Shown: piece after piece, positions 12,689-25,900 of the stretch
Position numbering within the stretch: the stretch's first letter is position 1
Layout of the letters: each line of letters opens with the position of its first letter
Assembly (NCBI GenBank): GCA_028534125.1
Contig: CM052817.1
Coordinates: 45,262,001 to 45,326,000 of the forward strand
DNA from: Lama glama
Taxonomy: Eukaryota
DNA: 64,000 nucleotides
Reading direction: 5' to 3'
Translations under genes and position numbers: made by a program
Notes under the pieces: model-generated
What the model was told of the DNA's origin: nothing
Seen by the model: the letters and a program-made list of their open reading frames with translations, nothing else
Databases searched by the model: none

Positions 12689-15032
12689 TGCCAGGAGCTC
12701 CCTGCCCATTCTTAAGGACATTGCCAGTGCTCAGGTGGGAGCTCTTTTAAGTGGCTGTAGAACCTTTCCTAGGTTCCGGGGCTCTCCACTCAGCCTCAGA
12801 GCCTCGTCCACCCCCACTCTCCTTTTTTCCCAGCTGGCCTCCCCCATCCTCAGCTCTTTCTCAGGGGACTCCTCTCCCCAGGTCCACTGCTGGGTGCGGA
12901 GTATTCTCTGGTGGTCCTGATCAGCCCAGGCCTTTTGTTTTCTAAATAGCAGCTAATCATTGCTGAGGACAGACTGGAAACTAGCAGCAGGTGACTTTGG
13001 AGCTAGTCTATAATCCTGACTTCTGTTGAAATGGTAAACTGGAATCCCCTTCAGGTTCTGCCTGGGTCCTTTTACTTTTGAGAATTAAATGGATTTACTT
13101 TAGGCCTCTTGTTTTCTCTGGCTGGGCCATTACCTCCCAGGTAGCCTGCAGGTGCAGCCCAGACAGTTGTAGGTGTTCTCTTTCCTCAGGTGGGCAATTT
13201 GCATCTTTAAGGAACTCCAGGTGGGGACCTCAGGCAGTTAAATGTACTCTCCCTTCCCTGGGGATTATCCCCTCTGTGCATTTCCTCCCTAAATTGGGCA
13301 CTGAATTTGGGAGATCTCTGGGCAGGGCTAGCAGTAAAAAAAAAAAAAAAATTAAAATTAAAAATTAATGGGAAAATTAAGGGGCTACTCTGTTTGCGTA
13401 AGATCCAAAATATATTAATCAAGAGAAGTATTTACTGTGAGATAGACAAGAGACATTGCCATAAAATGAAACTATATTTAGGTTAAAATTTTTTTTAAAA
13501 TTCAACTCATAGTAAGAAAATGAAATGACCTTGAAAACATCTTATGAATCAAATGAATAGCGAAAGGGAAGGGAGTTATGAATGAAAGGTAAATTATTAT
13601 GCCAGCTGCCTTAGATGTTAAAGGCATACCTTACCTTCTGTCTTCCTTTTGGCTCCTCCTTTGTTCTTACTGAAGCCTGTGTGATATTTTTAAGAAAACC
13701 TCATCTGGTTTCTCTCTTGTCTAACATACCTCGTACTTCCCCATTGCCTTCAGGGTAAAATACAAAATGCTTGATTTATACATGTCCTTCAGGCTTCAAA
13801 TTTATCCCGTTGCCCTCTGACTCCCAACGTCCCAAACCTCTCTATTCTGACCTCCAGGAGTTTGCCCCTACTTACCCTCCCGCTGGACCACTTCCCATCC
13901 ACAAAGTTGGCACCTGCTTGCTTTCAGTTTCTGTCCCTCATCGTCCCCCCCCCAATCTGGTGCTGCCATACGCTTCTCCCATAGATTTTGCTACACTGTG
14001 TTAAACTCCCCCGCTGGCTCATCTGTATATGCAGTTCTGCAGACCTCAGTCTACAGGAGGCCAAGGACCTAGTTTTGTCTGCTTCACAGGCCTCCATGCA
14101 GGTTGGTGTTTGACCCTTGTAGACACTTAGTAAATTGTTCTTTAATGAAAGGATGGCAGTGGGTGGGGGGAGGGTACCGGTGGAATTGCGCAGTTGGTAA
14201 GTGTTATGATGGGAGGACTGGGCGGGTGGAGTCTCGCGTGTGATAGGCCGCTCCCTCACACCCTGTCAGGCCGCTGAGTCTCGGCAGAGCCTAGTCCTCA
14301 CAACTGGTCCAGACATCGCTTGGAACCTTGGCTTCCGCTGACTGAACCTTGCCCCAATCTTAAGTTTGTTCATTTGTTAATGTGTAAGAAGAAATGTTAG
14401 CTGTCGGGAGGGAGAGACCCCTTGTCAGCAGTCTTTCTCCCCACAGGAAGTTACAGGGAAGCCAGATTACAATCAGAAGGTTGCTTGTGGGTGCCTCCTT
14501 CCTTCCTTCCTTCCTTCAGTAAGCGTTTACTTATTAAAGGCCTACTCAGTGTGGCAACAGAAGCATAAGTGAGTGACTTTAAGGCCTGTCCTTCGGCTGA
14601 GGAAACTTAGGAGACTGTTCTCCCTGTGACGGGGTCATTACCTAGTGTTGTGGCCCTCGCCCTGAATATTGCAGGAATCACCCCAAGATTGGGCCCTGGT
14701 CTCTTTTCTTTTATCCTTTAAAGATTGACCAACTAACCTCTTTGACTCCCGTTTACATGTTCAGCCTGGTTATGTTCAGGTTTACCACATGGAAGCATTT
14801 AGAAGTCTCTTCTGGGCCAATGACATACTGTATCTGATGTCAATCCTACTTCCAAACTCCAGGGTGGGTGGGTAGGCAGGGGTGTCCAGGGCAGTTATTT
14901 CCTTGCTTATGGCTCCCAAGTACAGTTCTGCTGATACAACCATAAATAATGCTTACTCTTACAGCAGGGCCCGTATGGAGATTTAAAATTCAATATTTGC
15001 AAAGAAATATTGGAAATACTTGATCATAACAT

Positions 15033-15698
15033 TGTCAGGGAGAAAGAATTGCTCTGCTCTCTTAGGTTCAGTTCTTGGGGGCCTGACAGGACAGATTAGC
15101 AAGAGAAAAAGATGAAATTTAACCACATATTTTTATTAATGTATGTACAAGAGTTCACAGAAAATGTGAGGGGGCAGTTAGAGTTTGGGGCTTATTTACC
15201 ATTTTTTTTAAGTTCATGTAATTTATTTAATATGGTTACAGAGGACAGATAGCAGGATGAGTAAAGAGATTTAAGTACCTATATACTGTCTTAATAGAGG
15301 AAAGGGAAGGGGAGAAAGGCACTTAGAGGAAAACAAAAGACTTCTTAATAAGGGAAGGAGAGGGGAAGAAAAGGCATGTATGGAGAAACAGATGAGTTTT
15401 TAGAAAGGCAAAAACTAAGGAGTATAGATGAGAGGCCTAAGGAGTATAGATGAGAGGCCTAAGGAGTATAGATGAGATATATTGTGATAGTTTTTGTGAC
15501 AGTGCCTGCCTAGGTATGATGTGGAGACTTCGCAAGATCTCTGGTGACAAGAGTCTTCCCCGGTTGATTTCTGACAATTGGATTCTTTGAGTTCCTTTGG
15601 GAGGTTCTGCTTTTAGGCAGATAAGAGATTTCAGGAACTCAAATGCCTTCTGCTCAGGATAATTTTTGTGCCACAGTTACATATTTTGGACCCTTTCA
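15033..15698 (-). mobile_element. ERV1-class solo LTR (MER34-like)
   Basis: TG...CA ends. The minus strand starts tgaaagggtccaaaatatgtaactgtggcacaaaaattatcctgagcagaaggcatttgag, like the recalled MER34-family 5' end. Confidence 0.7.
15415..15477. repeat. Perfect 22-bp tandem repeat, about 2.9 copies (ctaaggagtatagatgagaggc)
   Basis: Units start at 15415, 15437 and 15459 with no spacers. Confidence 0.95.
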
Positions 15699-18054
15699 TG
15701 GTCTATCTTTTTACTCTAGAGTATTCCAGTGTATAGAAGATAATTGGATGAAATTGTTCTCTAAAATTATATCAGTATTTGTATTTGAGCCCAGAAACCT
15801 TCAAACAAGTGGCTGGAATATAAAACAAATAAAAACAAACATAGTGACTAGGATACTATTTACTGATCCAGATGATACTGTTGTTCCAAGTGTAAAATAC
15901 TGCTTACTCAACAAGAGTCCTTTTAGCAAATTAAGGGGGATAAGAAAAAGATTTTATTCAAACCAAATGGTTTAAAATTATTAGTCCAATTTTATTTAAT
16001 CTTTTCCTGCTTTTAAGGATGGCATTATTAAACTCTAATAGTGTATTCTCTGCACGCTTTTGTCTTTTTTTGACAATAAAAAAATAATTTCATTATTTCA
16101 AGGAATATTTATTGTACTAGCCCTATTCTTTTTGCTGGGAATTTTGTTTTATGCCTGATTTTGTGATATGCAAAGATGGACAAGGAAATTAAACTCAGGA
16201 TTAAAAAGGCCGAGTTCTTGCTACCCCAAGGGAAAAGAAGCAAATGAAAACTTTAAGGAAGTAGCCATCAGATGAGAAAGGGAAAAACCAGGGGTGTAGG
16301 CCTAGCAGTTTTAACTCTTGAAAGGTTAGAGTTGGTAAATTATGACCAAAGCTGGAGAAAAGGTTTGATACCTGCATAACAGTGAGCAGAACTTATCTTT
16401 TTGGGAAGTAGGACACAGAAGAATAAATATCCTTGATACCTATTGGGTTGACAGAATGACTCATCTCTTTGGATACTAGGAAGTGAAAGAGTAATGAGAC
16501 TTTCTAGAATAGTGGTGCCAGGTTAGAGAACTTTGACCTGAGCTACAAAGGGTGAAGTAGAGAATAGAGGGTTGATGAGATAAGCTGCTGTACAAATAAT
16601 ATGCTTTCTAATCAGTTGTCATTTAATATATGCTTTCCATACATTTTCTAATTTAATTCTTTAAACAATCCCATAAAGTACTAGTATTATTTTGACTTTA
16701 CAGAAAAGGAAACAAATTTTGTAACTATTCTTTTATTGATGGACATTTAAGTTATTTCCTATTTTTTTCAATGCTGAATTAAACACTCATATCATATGTC
16801 CTTAAGTACTTCTGTTTTTACTTATGTTGATTTCTTTGCATATTTTAATGAACAAGATTACTTTCCATATTTGCTATGCTTATAACTAGAAAAAACACAC
16901 ACGAAAACCTGGAAGGAAATGAAAGTGCTAACAACATTATTTGTATTTGATGGTGTAATTATGGCTGACTTATTTTCGTTTCCCATTTTCTACATTTTTG
17001 TGTTGAGCTTGTATTACTTAAAATGAAACTAATGAGTGAACTTATTAATAAATGATATGATACAGCTTAGGGAAATATTCATGAAATCTTTCCTAAAAGC
17101 AGTAACTACAAGAGAAAACATTATCTTAATGGAAGCCATGACACAGAGATAAAATCTGAAATATAATTAGTTTCAAAATCAATATATTATGTTGTGGTTC
17201 ATAAACAAATTGGAATCAAATCTTATAAACACTTTATAAGACATGCAAACAGGGCCAGTATTATAGGAGGCTCGCTGGGTGGTCCAATTTACAGAAAACA
17301 AGAAAGGACAGTTGGAGAGCCAGGCTGAAGCAATGAATAGGAAGGGCCCAGCCTTCAGAGGCAGCTGCTGACTGATGTGTGGTTTTTAACAAGCGTTCTC
17401 TTCTGTACATGGAAATGATGATTCCCACCGTGTAGATCTGTGCTGAGAATGGAGGCAATTGGAATGGGCTCAGAAAGGGAGGAAGAAGAATTAGAGACAG
17501 CAAATATAGAAAACATTTTTAGGCATTTTACTCTAAGGAGAAGCAGAGAAATGGGATGGTAGCTAGAGGGGAATGTGGGGGAAGTTTGTTATTGTTTTAA
17601 AGCCTGTTTATCTGCTCATGGGAATAAGCCAGTAGAGAGAAAACTGCATGAGTGTTGTTTTTGAGTAGGTGAGAGGTGAGGATTGGCTCTAGGTGGGAAC
17701 ACAGTATGTGGAAAGCAGCAGGTGGGATGGAGGAGTGGGTGGGTGCAGGTGCTGGCACGGGAGAGGTGGGAGAGTGTGAAAGTGTCTTCGTTGCTCTTGA
17801 CCGTTGTGGGATTAAGTCCCTCAAGCAAACGGCACCAGCAAAGGGAATGCATTGGGAGGTTAAGTGCGGAGAAGCTGTCGGGTGACTTGAGGAGAGCAGA
17901 GGAGCTGTGACATAGTTGTCTGGGGGAGCAAATTGATAGGAAATGTTGCGTAATTGCGGTGGCGGTGGAGGTAGGGTCACCGAGGGCCAGGGCCCACTGA
18001 AAGTCAGTTGGCAAGAATTTAAAGTGAGATCGGCCGGCGTTGTTGTGTGTTTTC

Positions 18055-18454
18055 CTCCAGGCAAAAGTCGAGGTGTCAGCAGGGCTGCTTCCTTCTGGAG
18101 GCTCTAGGGAGAATCGGTTATTTTTTTGCCAGTATCTACAGGCCACTTGCACTTCTTGGCTCAAGGCCCCTTCCTCCATCCTCAAAGCCAGCAACATAGC
18201 GTCGCTGACTCTCCTTTACTGACTCTGCTTCCTTTGTCACAATGCCTTCTCTCTAACAGAGACCCTCCTGCCTCCCTCTCTTGAGGACCCTTGTGATTAT
18301 TTGGAGCTCACTTGGATAATCCAGGACCATCTCCCCATCCCCACATCTTTAATTGCATCTGCAAAGTCCCTTTTTACCATGTAAAGTAACATATTCACAG
18401 GTCTGCAGGATTACGACATGAACATCCTTGGGGGTCCATTATGCTGTCTCCCAC
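18055..18454 (-). mobile_element. MLT1C/D-type MaLR LTR
   Basis: 'ggtgtcagcagggctg...ttctggaggctctaggggagaatc...ttcctccatcctcaaagccagcaac...ggataatccagga...catctgcaaagtccctttt...aacatattcacagg'. Confidence 0.8.
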
Positions 18455-19859
18455 AATTAGTGAAGTGGAATATGTTTTCATATGATGATTAGCTTTTTGT
18501 CTTCCTTCTTTTGTGAATTGCCCATTCCTGACATTTTTTTTTCTATTAGCTGTTGGTCTTTAGAATTCATTTGTAAGAACGCCTCTCTTAGGGATATAAA
18601 CCCTAACAGTGCAGCATTTTGCATATTTCTCCCCCAGTTATTGCTTGCTTTTCAATTTTGTTTACAAGATATTATCTAACTGACTGAAGTATGTTACATT
18701 TTTATATTGTGGGAAATGTCAAACAAATAAAAGTAGAGAGATTTGTATATTTAATCTCCACATATTTATCACCAGGCTTAAGTAATTATCAACTCAAAGC
18801 TGATCTTATTTTATCTATACTGTTACATACTTTCCTAAACTATTTATCATTTTGAAGCAAATACCAGGCATCGTATCATTTCATCCATAATATTTCAGCA
18901 AAATACATTAATTTTATGATTTAAATTTTCTTAAATTATTTTCTCTGAGGTTTCTGTTTTTGGTGTGAGATACAAAAAAAGCCCAGTTTACTTATCTTTT
19001 TAAAGGGGATGGAAATATAGTCTGAATATAAGTTTTGTACCTTTTTAAGGAAGTCACATTTCTTTTTTAACTTGTTTTTATTAGGAATGATCATTTTCTG
19101 ACTGCTCAAACAAGTATATTTGAGCACCTACCATGGAAAATGCCATGAATTCAACTTCATGTTATGCTTTGCGTGCATGTAAACAGTGAACTGTGTTAAA
19201 GGATTACAATTATAAAATTAGCAGCCTGCCCATTGGTGTCCGCACTCCTGATTTAGTCCTCTTTCCATGACGACACTGATGATTGGGAGCAAGTGCTAAA
19301 AGGCTGGCAATTGTCTGCTAGCATCATTTACACTTTTCAGTGTTTTTTTGCCAAGGCCACTGGGTACTGGGAAGTGAAAACAAATGAAGGGAAAATGAGA
19401 GGAAGACCATATTCCCTTCTTCTAATGGGTCTACTGCCTCGATACCCTCTCCCTGCTGTCAAAGGGATAAGCCCCACAGTCCTTTGTTTAACACAGCCCA
19501 TACTGTGATGGACTGTTGGCAACCACAGATGGAATCAGAAAGCCATTGGCTTCCGCGTCAGAAAAGAAATATAACAAGTACAGTTATTAGTTAGGACTGG
19601 GTGAGATAGGTGATCCAGGTGACATCTACAGTTCCAGACATAAAAGGGGGTGGCTGGGCAGGAGTTCAGGGTACGCTTGTCATAGCCTAGCAGCTCCACA
19701 GCCAACACAACACAACTCAAATCCGACCACCATAAATACCAACTGATTTGTTTGGCAGCCTCTGACTTCCTGCTCTTAACTCCTTGCAATCTGGTTTCCA
19801 CCCCTTTCTGTGAAAATTCTTCAAAAGAAGAATCCTGGACATTATTTCAGTCTCCGTCC

Positions 19860-20130
19860 TTTCTTTCTTTCTTTTTTTTAAAATTGAACTATAGTTGATT
19901 TACAATGTTTCAGGTGTGCAGCAAAGTGCTATGCAGTAGGTCCTTTTTGGTTATCTATTTTATATGTTAATCCCAAACTCCTAATTTATCCCTCCCCCTA
20001 CTTTCCCCTTTGGTAACCGTAAGTTTATTTTCTATGTCTGTGAGACTATTTCTGTTTTGTAAGTACATTTGTATCATTCTTTTAGATTCCACATATAAGT
20101 GATATCATATGATATTTGTCTTTGTCTTTC
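19860..20130 (-). mobile_element. L1 3' UTR fragment (artiodactyl-type) with an internal deletion
   Basis: T-tract, then 'aattgaactatagttgatttacaatgtttcaggtgtgcagcaaagtg...tagattccacatataagtgatatcatatgatatttgtcttt'. Confidence 0.8.
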
Positions 20131-21841
20131 TTACTTGCTGTGTGTCCTCTTTTTCATAACTGTTAATATCCCCCTTCTTTAAACTTCTTGCTCTCTTGTC
20201 TTCTGAGGTGCTAAATGGTTCTGTTCTACTACTTTTTCTGTGCAAATCTTCGACTATTATGGTAACTGCTTCCTACCCCTTCGTCCCTTAAATGTGGCCC
20301 CTCTGTAGGCTTTGAAGCTCTCTTGCTCCCAAATCTCTATTTCAAGCCTAACTTCTTTCCTGAGCTCCTGGCCCAAGTCTCTGGCTGATTTCTGGGGATT
20401 TCCAGGTCTACCTGGCTCACCTGGGATTTCTTAGCCCAACCCCTGCCGTGAATATTAGGCCCCGGACATCTCCAGGCTCGGACCCACCCAGTTCAGGAGA
20501 TGATCATGCCAGCAACCGAAAAGGATCACAATTTGGCAAATCTTAGAATTGAGTCTAATTGCTATAAATCAGGCAGGCCTGGATTGAGCCCATGTTACCT
20601 GAGAGGGGCTGGAGCCACCCAACCTTCCCTCCTGGGCACTTGGATGCTGCTTGTCTTTTCTTTTCAAGAACTTCACTTCTCTCTAGGTTTGAAGCCTGTT
20701 TTGCTGAGGCTCTGAAATATTTATAATATTTATAAATATTTCAATATATATATAAATATATAAATATTTATATATATATTTTACCGTGTCCCTTCCCAGA
20801 CAATCAGATCTTGGTTTATTTTTTTTCCCAACCCCACCAGTGCTGTGTTCCAACCTTCACTGGCAGAGTCTCCTGGGTACTGGGCTTGAGCCATAGGGCT
20901 ATCCTCCTGGACATTCATAAGTCTGGGCCATTTCCCCTTCTCAAAGTCTTGCCTTCTTTTGTGTTCTCCTGCCCCAGCTTCCTTCATGCGTCTATTATTT
21001 CATGCTCATAATTTCTGAAAATCCCTTTAACTGTTATTTCTGGATGTGGTGTCTCCTACTTGAGCTCATCCTACCTTCTAGTGCCATCTTCAGTTCTTCT
21101 TGGAACTCGGTGACGTATAAAGATATACTTACCTTTAAAGTAGATATTTTTAAACAATTATTCATTTTATTAGCATTCTTTTTATTATTTATTCTCAATT
21201 ATGTATCAGGTAAAAGGTTGGAGGGTCTAACTTTGCTGGTGTCCCATAAAGTCAGGCAAGCACTCCTTTGACATGTGTGGTTGTTGAAGTTGTATCTAAA
21301 ATATTTTCAAACATGTCACCTTGATATTGCTGCATAGGAAAATGCCTTCTGGTACCTTTCGCCCTAGGGCATAGTCCACATTTATTGGTGTGCTATTGGA
21401 GATCTTCCAAGTTACTCTCTAATATTTTTTTTCATTCATTTTTTCCCCCAGCTTTATTGAGATATTACTGACGTGCAACATTGTGTACATTTAAGGTGTA
21501 CAATGTGAGGAGTTGCTATAATTCTTTAGTATTACTAATAGGGGGATTCTCTTTCCTCCTCTTCCTTCTTTTTTTCCTCTCTCCCTCCCATTCCAATTCA
21601 TTCATTGGCTAAATATTTACCGATCACTTAGGGAGGCAGGTCATTAAATAAAGAGGTGAAGCTGGTAGTGGTGGTGAAGACCGGAGGGAGGATGCCCGGG
21701 CCCAAGGAAGCAGCAGCTACTGATCTCCCCACTGTTCCCATGTGGGTCCAATGTTATCCAAACCATTGTCTTTTTCAAGAGAAGCTGGACATCTTTTCTT
21801 GTTGATGTGAAATCTCCCAATTTTAAATTTTAGCAACCAGG

Positions 21842-21934
21842 TTTATTTATTTATTTTAATGGCAGTACTAGGGATTGAACCCAGGACCTCATGCATGCTA
21901 GGCACATGCTCTACCACTGACCTATACCCTCCCC
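21842..21934 (-). mobile_element. vic-1-type SINE inserted in an older hAT-like DNA transposon remnant (~21730-22010)
   Basis: gtactagggattgaacccaggacctcatgcatgctaggcacatgctctaccactgacctataccctcccc. Confidence 0.9.
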
Positions 21935-22645
21935 AACCAAAACCTTTTGAAATAAGGCTAAACAGAACATCTGTGAGGTGAATTGGGCCTGCGGGCTCCT
22001 AGTTTGCACCTCTACTCTCCAGGAACCCTTTCTCCCCTCCATGTTCCCTTATACCTTGTGTTTTCCTGCCTCTTCCTTTTGTTCTTCACTTCCCATGAGT
22101 TGAACTGCCCAACCCCATTATCTCCACCGATCCAAATCCTAACTCCCATCTGATCTTTAAGATCAGACTCAAAGTCTGCTGTGTGGTGTGCTTGGCTTTT
22201 CAGCAGCAAGTAGGGGAAGCCAAAATCAGAAATGATTTGACAGGTGGTCTAGATACCAATCCTGGGAGGTCAGCCAAGGCAGGGATCAGATTCCCAATCT
22301 ACAAGTCCAGGGAACAGGGAGCCAGAGGACAAGAGGTTCAGTAACTTGGGTAAAGGAGTTTGAGCAAGTGCTAGACACAGGACACCAAAGATCAGAATGG
22401 AACCTGATAATAGTCCCATGGCAACAGCTTTAAAAAAAAAAACAAACCCCCACCCGAATTCTCTAGTTTTTGAAGGGAAGGAAAAAAGGAAGGATAATTA
22501 ATATTTTTTAAAAGCCAACTGTAATAAGTATGTCTCAAAAGTCATACCAAAGTTAAGAGAGATCAAGTAGCTTATTCACATCACACAGCTAATAAAATGG
22601 CAAAGTGAGAATTTAGATTTTCAGTTCTTTGTGGAAACCACTACA

Positions 22646-22728
22646 CCAGTGGTTCTTAATTTTGGCTGCATATTAGAATCACCTGGGGACTGTGTATGTG
22701 TGGGGTGTGTGTATGTGTGGGATGTGTG

Positions 22729-22763
<35 letters not shown>

Positions 22764-22951
22764 TGTGTGTGTGTGTAGGCAATACATCAATGTGTCTGGA
22801 GTTTGGTCCCTGGGGAGCTTTAAAAAAATTCAGATGCCTAGGTGGCACCCCTTGCCAATTAAGTAGAATCTCTAAGGGTAGGATTTAGGCATTAGTAGTT
22901 TTCAGTGGTCCCTAGGTGACATTGGTGTACAGCCAAGGTGGAGAACCACTG
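22646..22951. mobile_element. MER5-type hAT-Charlie element with an internal TG-rich tract
   Basis: Terminal inverted repeats cagtggttct...agaaccactg, 'ttagaatcacctgggga' and 'gtacagccaagg'. Confidence 0.8.
22691..22776. repeat. Long imperfect (TG)n microsatellite
   Basis: Directly visible, with a pure GT run at about 22731-22762. Confidence 0.95.
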
Positions 22952-25900
22952 AGTCCTTCCCACAGTACTGACTCCTGCTCAGTGTTGCTCACAGAGCCAA
23001 GGGAAACAGTGACTAATAAACAGGTAGAGGTCAGGGAGGCTAGTGGAACTCAAGTAGTGTTATTTTAATTAGCTCTTTCTTCAAGTGAAAGTGTACATCT
23101 GTACTCATTCCACAACCAGATCTCCAGTCTGGGAGTCTGGGGAATAAATAGGGACAAGTCAGTAGAACTGACTGAAGCAATGAAGAGTATAAAATAATAG
23201 TTCTCCAAATGTTGGTTTTTGCTTTCATTTTTAAAAAGTATACAATTCAGTTTTGTTGTTGTTGTTGTTGTTTTTGTTGTTTTTTACTGTATTCTTAGAG
23301 TTGTGCTATACCATCACCACAGTCAATTTGAGAATATTTTCATTGCCTCAAAAAGAAGCTTTGTAGCCTTTAGCTGTCACCCACAACCACTCATCTACTT
23401 TCCTTCTCTATAGATTTCCCTGTTCTGGACTCAAATGTGAGTTTCTAACCCAGGTGCTTCACTGATGCAGGACCCATGATGATCTTTGTTATGTTTATCA
23501 ATTTTTTAACTTTTTATTGAACCATAACATATGCACAGAAAAAAAGCATAAACTATAAGTATACAGCTTGGTAAAATTTTACAAGCTGAACTCACTGTGT
23601 AACCAGTACCCAAGTTAAGAACAAATCTTATTAACATCTCAGAAGCCTCTCTTGTGCCCCCCTCCTTCAAGGGTAACCATTCTTCTGACTTATATGAGCA
23701 TAAATTAGTTTTACCTCTTTTGAACTTTTGTATCAGTGGCATTATAGAATATGGGTTTTTTTTTTTTTGTTCGTTTCTGGCTTTTACTCAACATCATATT
23801 TGTGAGATCCACCCTTGCAAATAGCCCCAGTGATCATTTGATATTAAATTCACCCAGTTTCCTTAAGAACAAATTATTTGGAAAGGTTCATTGAGACTCT
23901 AAAATATTCTTCAGGCGATTTATTGAATTAGCCACCTTCTTCGATCAGTAATAAAATAATCTATTTCTGAAAGATTTCTTTTATTTAAATTCAGAAGACT
24001 GATAGTGTTGAGGAAGAGTGTAAGCATCTTGATCTTGCAGGGCTAGTTGGACAAGTCATTAAACTTGAACTGAATAACTTTAATGTTTGTAAACATTTGA
24101 CAAACCTAAGAAATTGAATTTCTTATCTAGGTCTTTCTTCCTGGGATCTTTTGTTCTGGCATGTCTTTGGGAACTGTTTATGAGTTTTCCTTCTAGTATA
24201 ATTTTTTTTTTCTTTTTCACATCTAATATCCAATACTGTAGACCAACCCCTTTCTTCACTCTGGAGTGTTTAAGACTGAACATAAAGCTGGGAATGAAGG
24301 AGTGTTTTTACACCTGCAAGTGTTAGAAAGTGCTATATAATTTACTCCTAGTTTCCTTAGCAATTTCTCCTCTCCCTGCCCACTCAGACATGCTAGTGGA
24401 ATGTTAGCAAAGGACTTTGCACAGAAATTTGTTCTCTGTGGAATTTCTTTTTATGTACCAACAAGATTTGCCCTTCAGTATAAAGCACAAGACAAGTCTT
24501 TGTGAATCAGGTCTTTCTTAATGTATTTGAATTCTCAGGTGCCTTGGGGCAGGCTCTGAAAGAGGGGGAGGGATGCAGGAATTGGGCTGGGCTCTCTTTT
24601 CCAAAATACCACAGAGCAACTGGGATGTGAGGTCAGTATCTTGGTTTGAGACCAACCAGATCAGAAGCATTGAAAATGGAGGCTCTGTGATGTTTAAAAC
24701 ACACACAACAAATTTAATAACCAATACACGTGCTGCTTTTACTAGCAACTGCTTCTCGGTACCCATAAAATTAACAATGTTTGGTCCTCAGATTGGAAAT
24801 CTCCAAAAATGATCTGAAATATGTATCCCTAAGCCAACTGGCAGAAACCAATGATTTCTACAGGTTTCTATGACTAAGTGTCACTCCAGTTTCCTCTGGA
24901 ATTCCCTTAAGATCCCACGTTTTATAGGGCAGGTCATCAGACCTGTTCCAAGGGGGAAAAAAGGACTGCTTTTAAATGCTTAAAGACTATATTTTCTCAG
25001 TGTGTAGAGAAAAATGAGGAGGAAATGCAGAGTTTGTTCATGAAAATCAAGCCCAGCTTTTCCAAGATATCTGTCTTGTCATCTTCCCTCATCACAGAAG
25101 TCGGTTCTGTGATGAAAGTGCTTGAGCAAATATGTTTTCTAGGATTTACATACAGTGGGAAAGCTTAAAGAAAAACTTTCTTTAAATGCCCTTACCCTCC
25201 CCCAATCCTGAGCTATCATGCCCGGCAGTGAACTTGATGTGGGAACACCAAACTGCCTAATCTTGCCGGCACATGTCACCATGGTTGCACCTTTGAGCTT
25301 GCTGTTCCTTCTGCCTGGGACAGCGGTTGCCAACCATTGCGACTTTCTTCACCGGCTCATTCTTGCTTCACCTTCAAGATTCAGCTCAGGTGTCATCTCC
25401 TCCCGGAGTTCTGAGCCTCTAGTTTGACGTAATTGCCCCTTTTGTTTGTTCTCATGGCACCCTGAGCAACTCTCTGTCATTAGCCTTAGCCGTATACACT
25501 CCTTGAAAGCAAATTATTAATAAAAATGATGAATTACATAACCTTCCTTTTATTTTTCTTTTAAAAATCATAATATTGGCCCATTTCCAAACTTTAGGTT
25601 TTATTAAATAATCCTTCATGGAAAACATATGCAGCTTTGTGAAATGCACACTATCATTACTTTGTCTACTATTAAACAGAGAGAATTTAGATGAAGAGTC
25701 TATCTAATTTTAAGGGTCCTTGGATTTCCAAGACTACCCCAAAGGAGACAGTTTATTTTCCCTTTCAGAACCATGTCTGAAAGCCATGTACCTGTTACCC
25801 AGCGAAGGGTGATATTTGGACTATGATCATATGGCCTAACAGTAATCATGATAGTTTATACTTATATGGGTCAGGCTCTATGCTAAAAGTTGTATATGCA

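Noticed and set aside
15415..15477. Repeat array as a possible CRISPR
   Set aside because: Head-to-tail units with no spacers, eukaryotic context and no cas genes.
17597..18197. 155-aa and 193-aa minus-strand ORFs
   Set aside because: They overlap MaLR LTR and probable L2 sequence, with no domain similarity or splice support.
25089..25115. Perfect 11-bp hairpin tcatcacagaa-gtcgg-ttctgtgatga with a C-box-like GTGATGA
   Set aside because: One such stem in 64 kb is not unlikely by chance. There is no matching D box with a terminal stem, and it is too short for a pre-miRNA.
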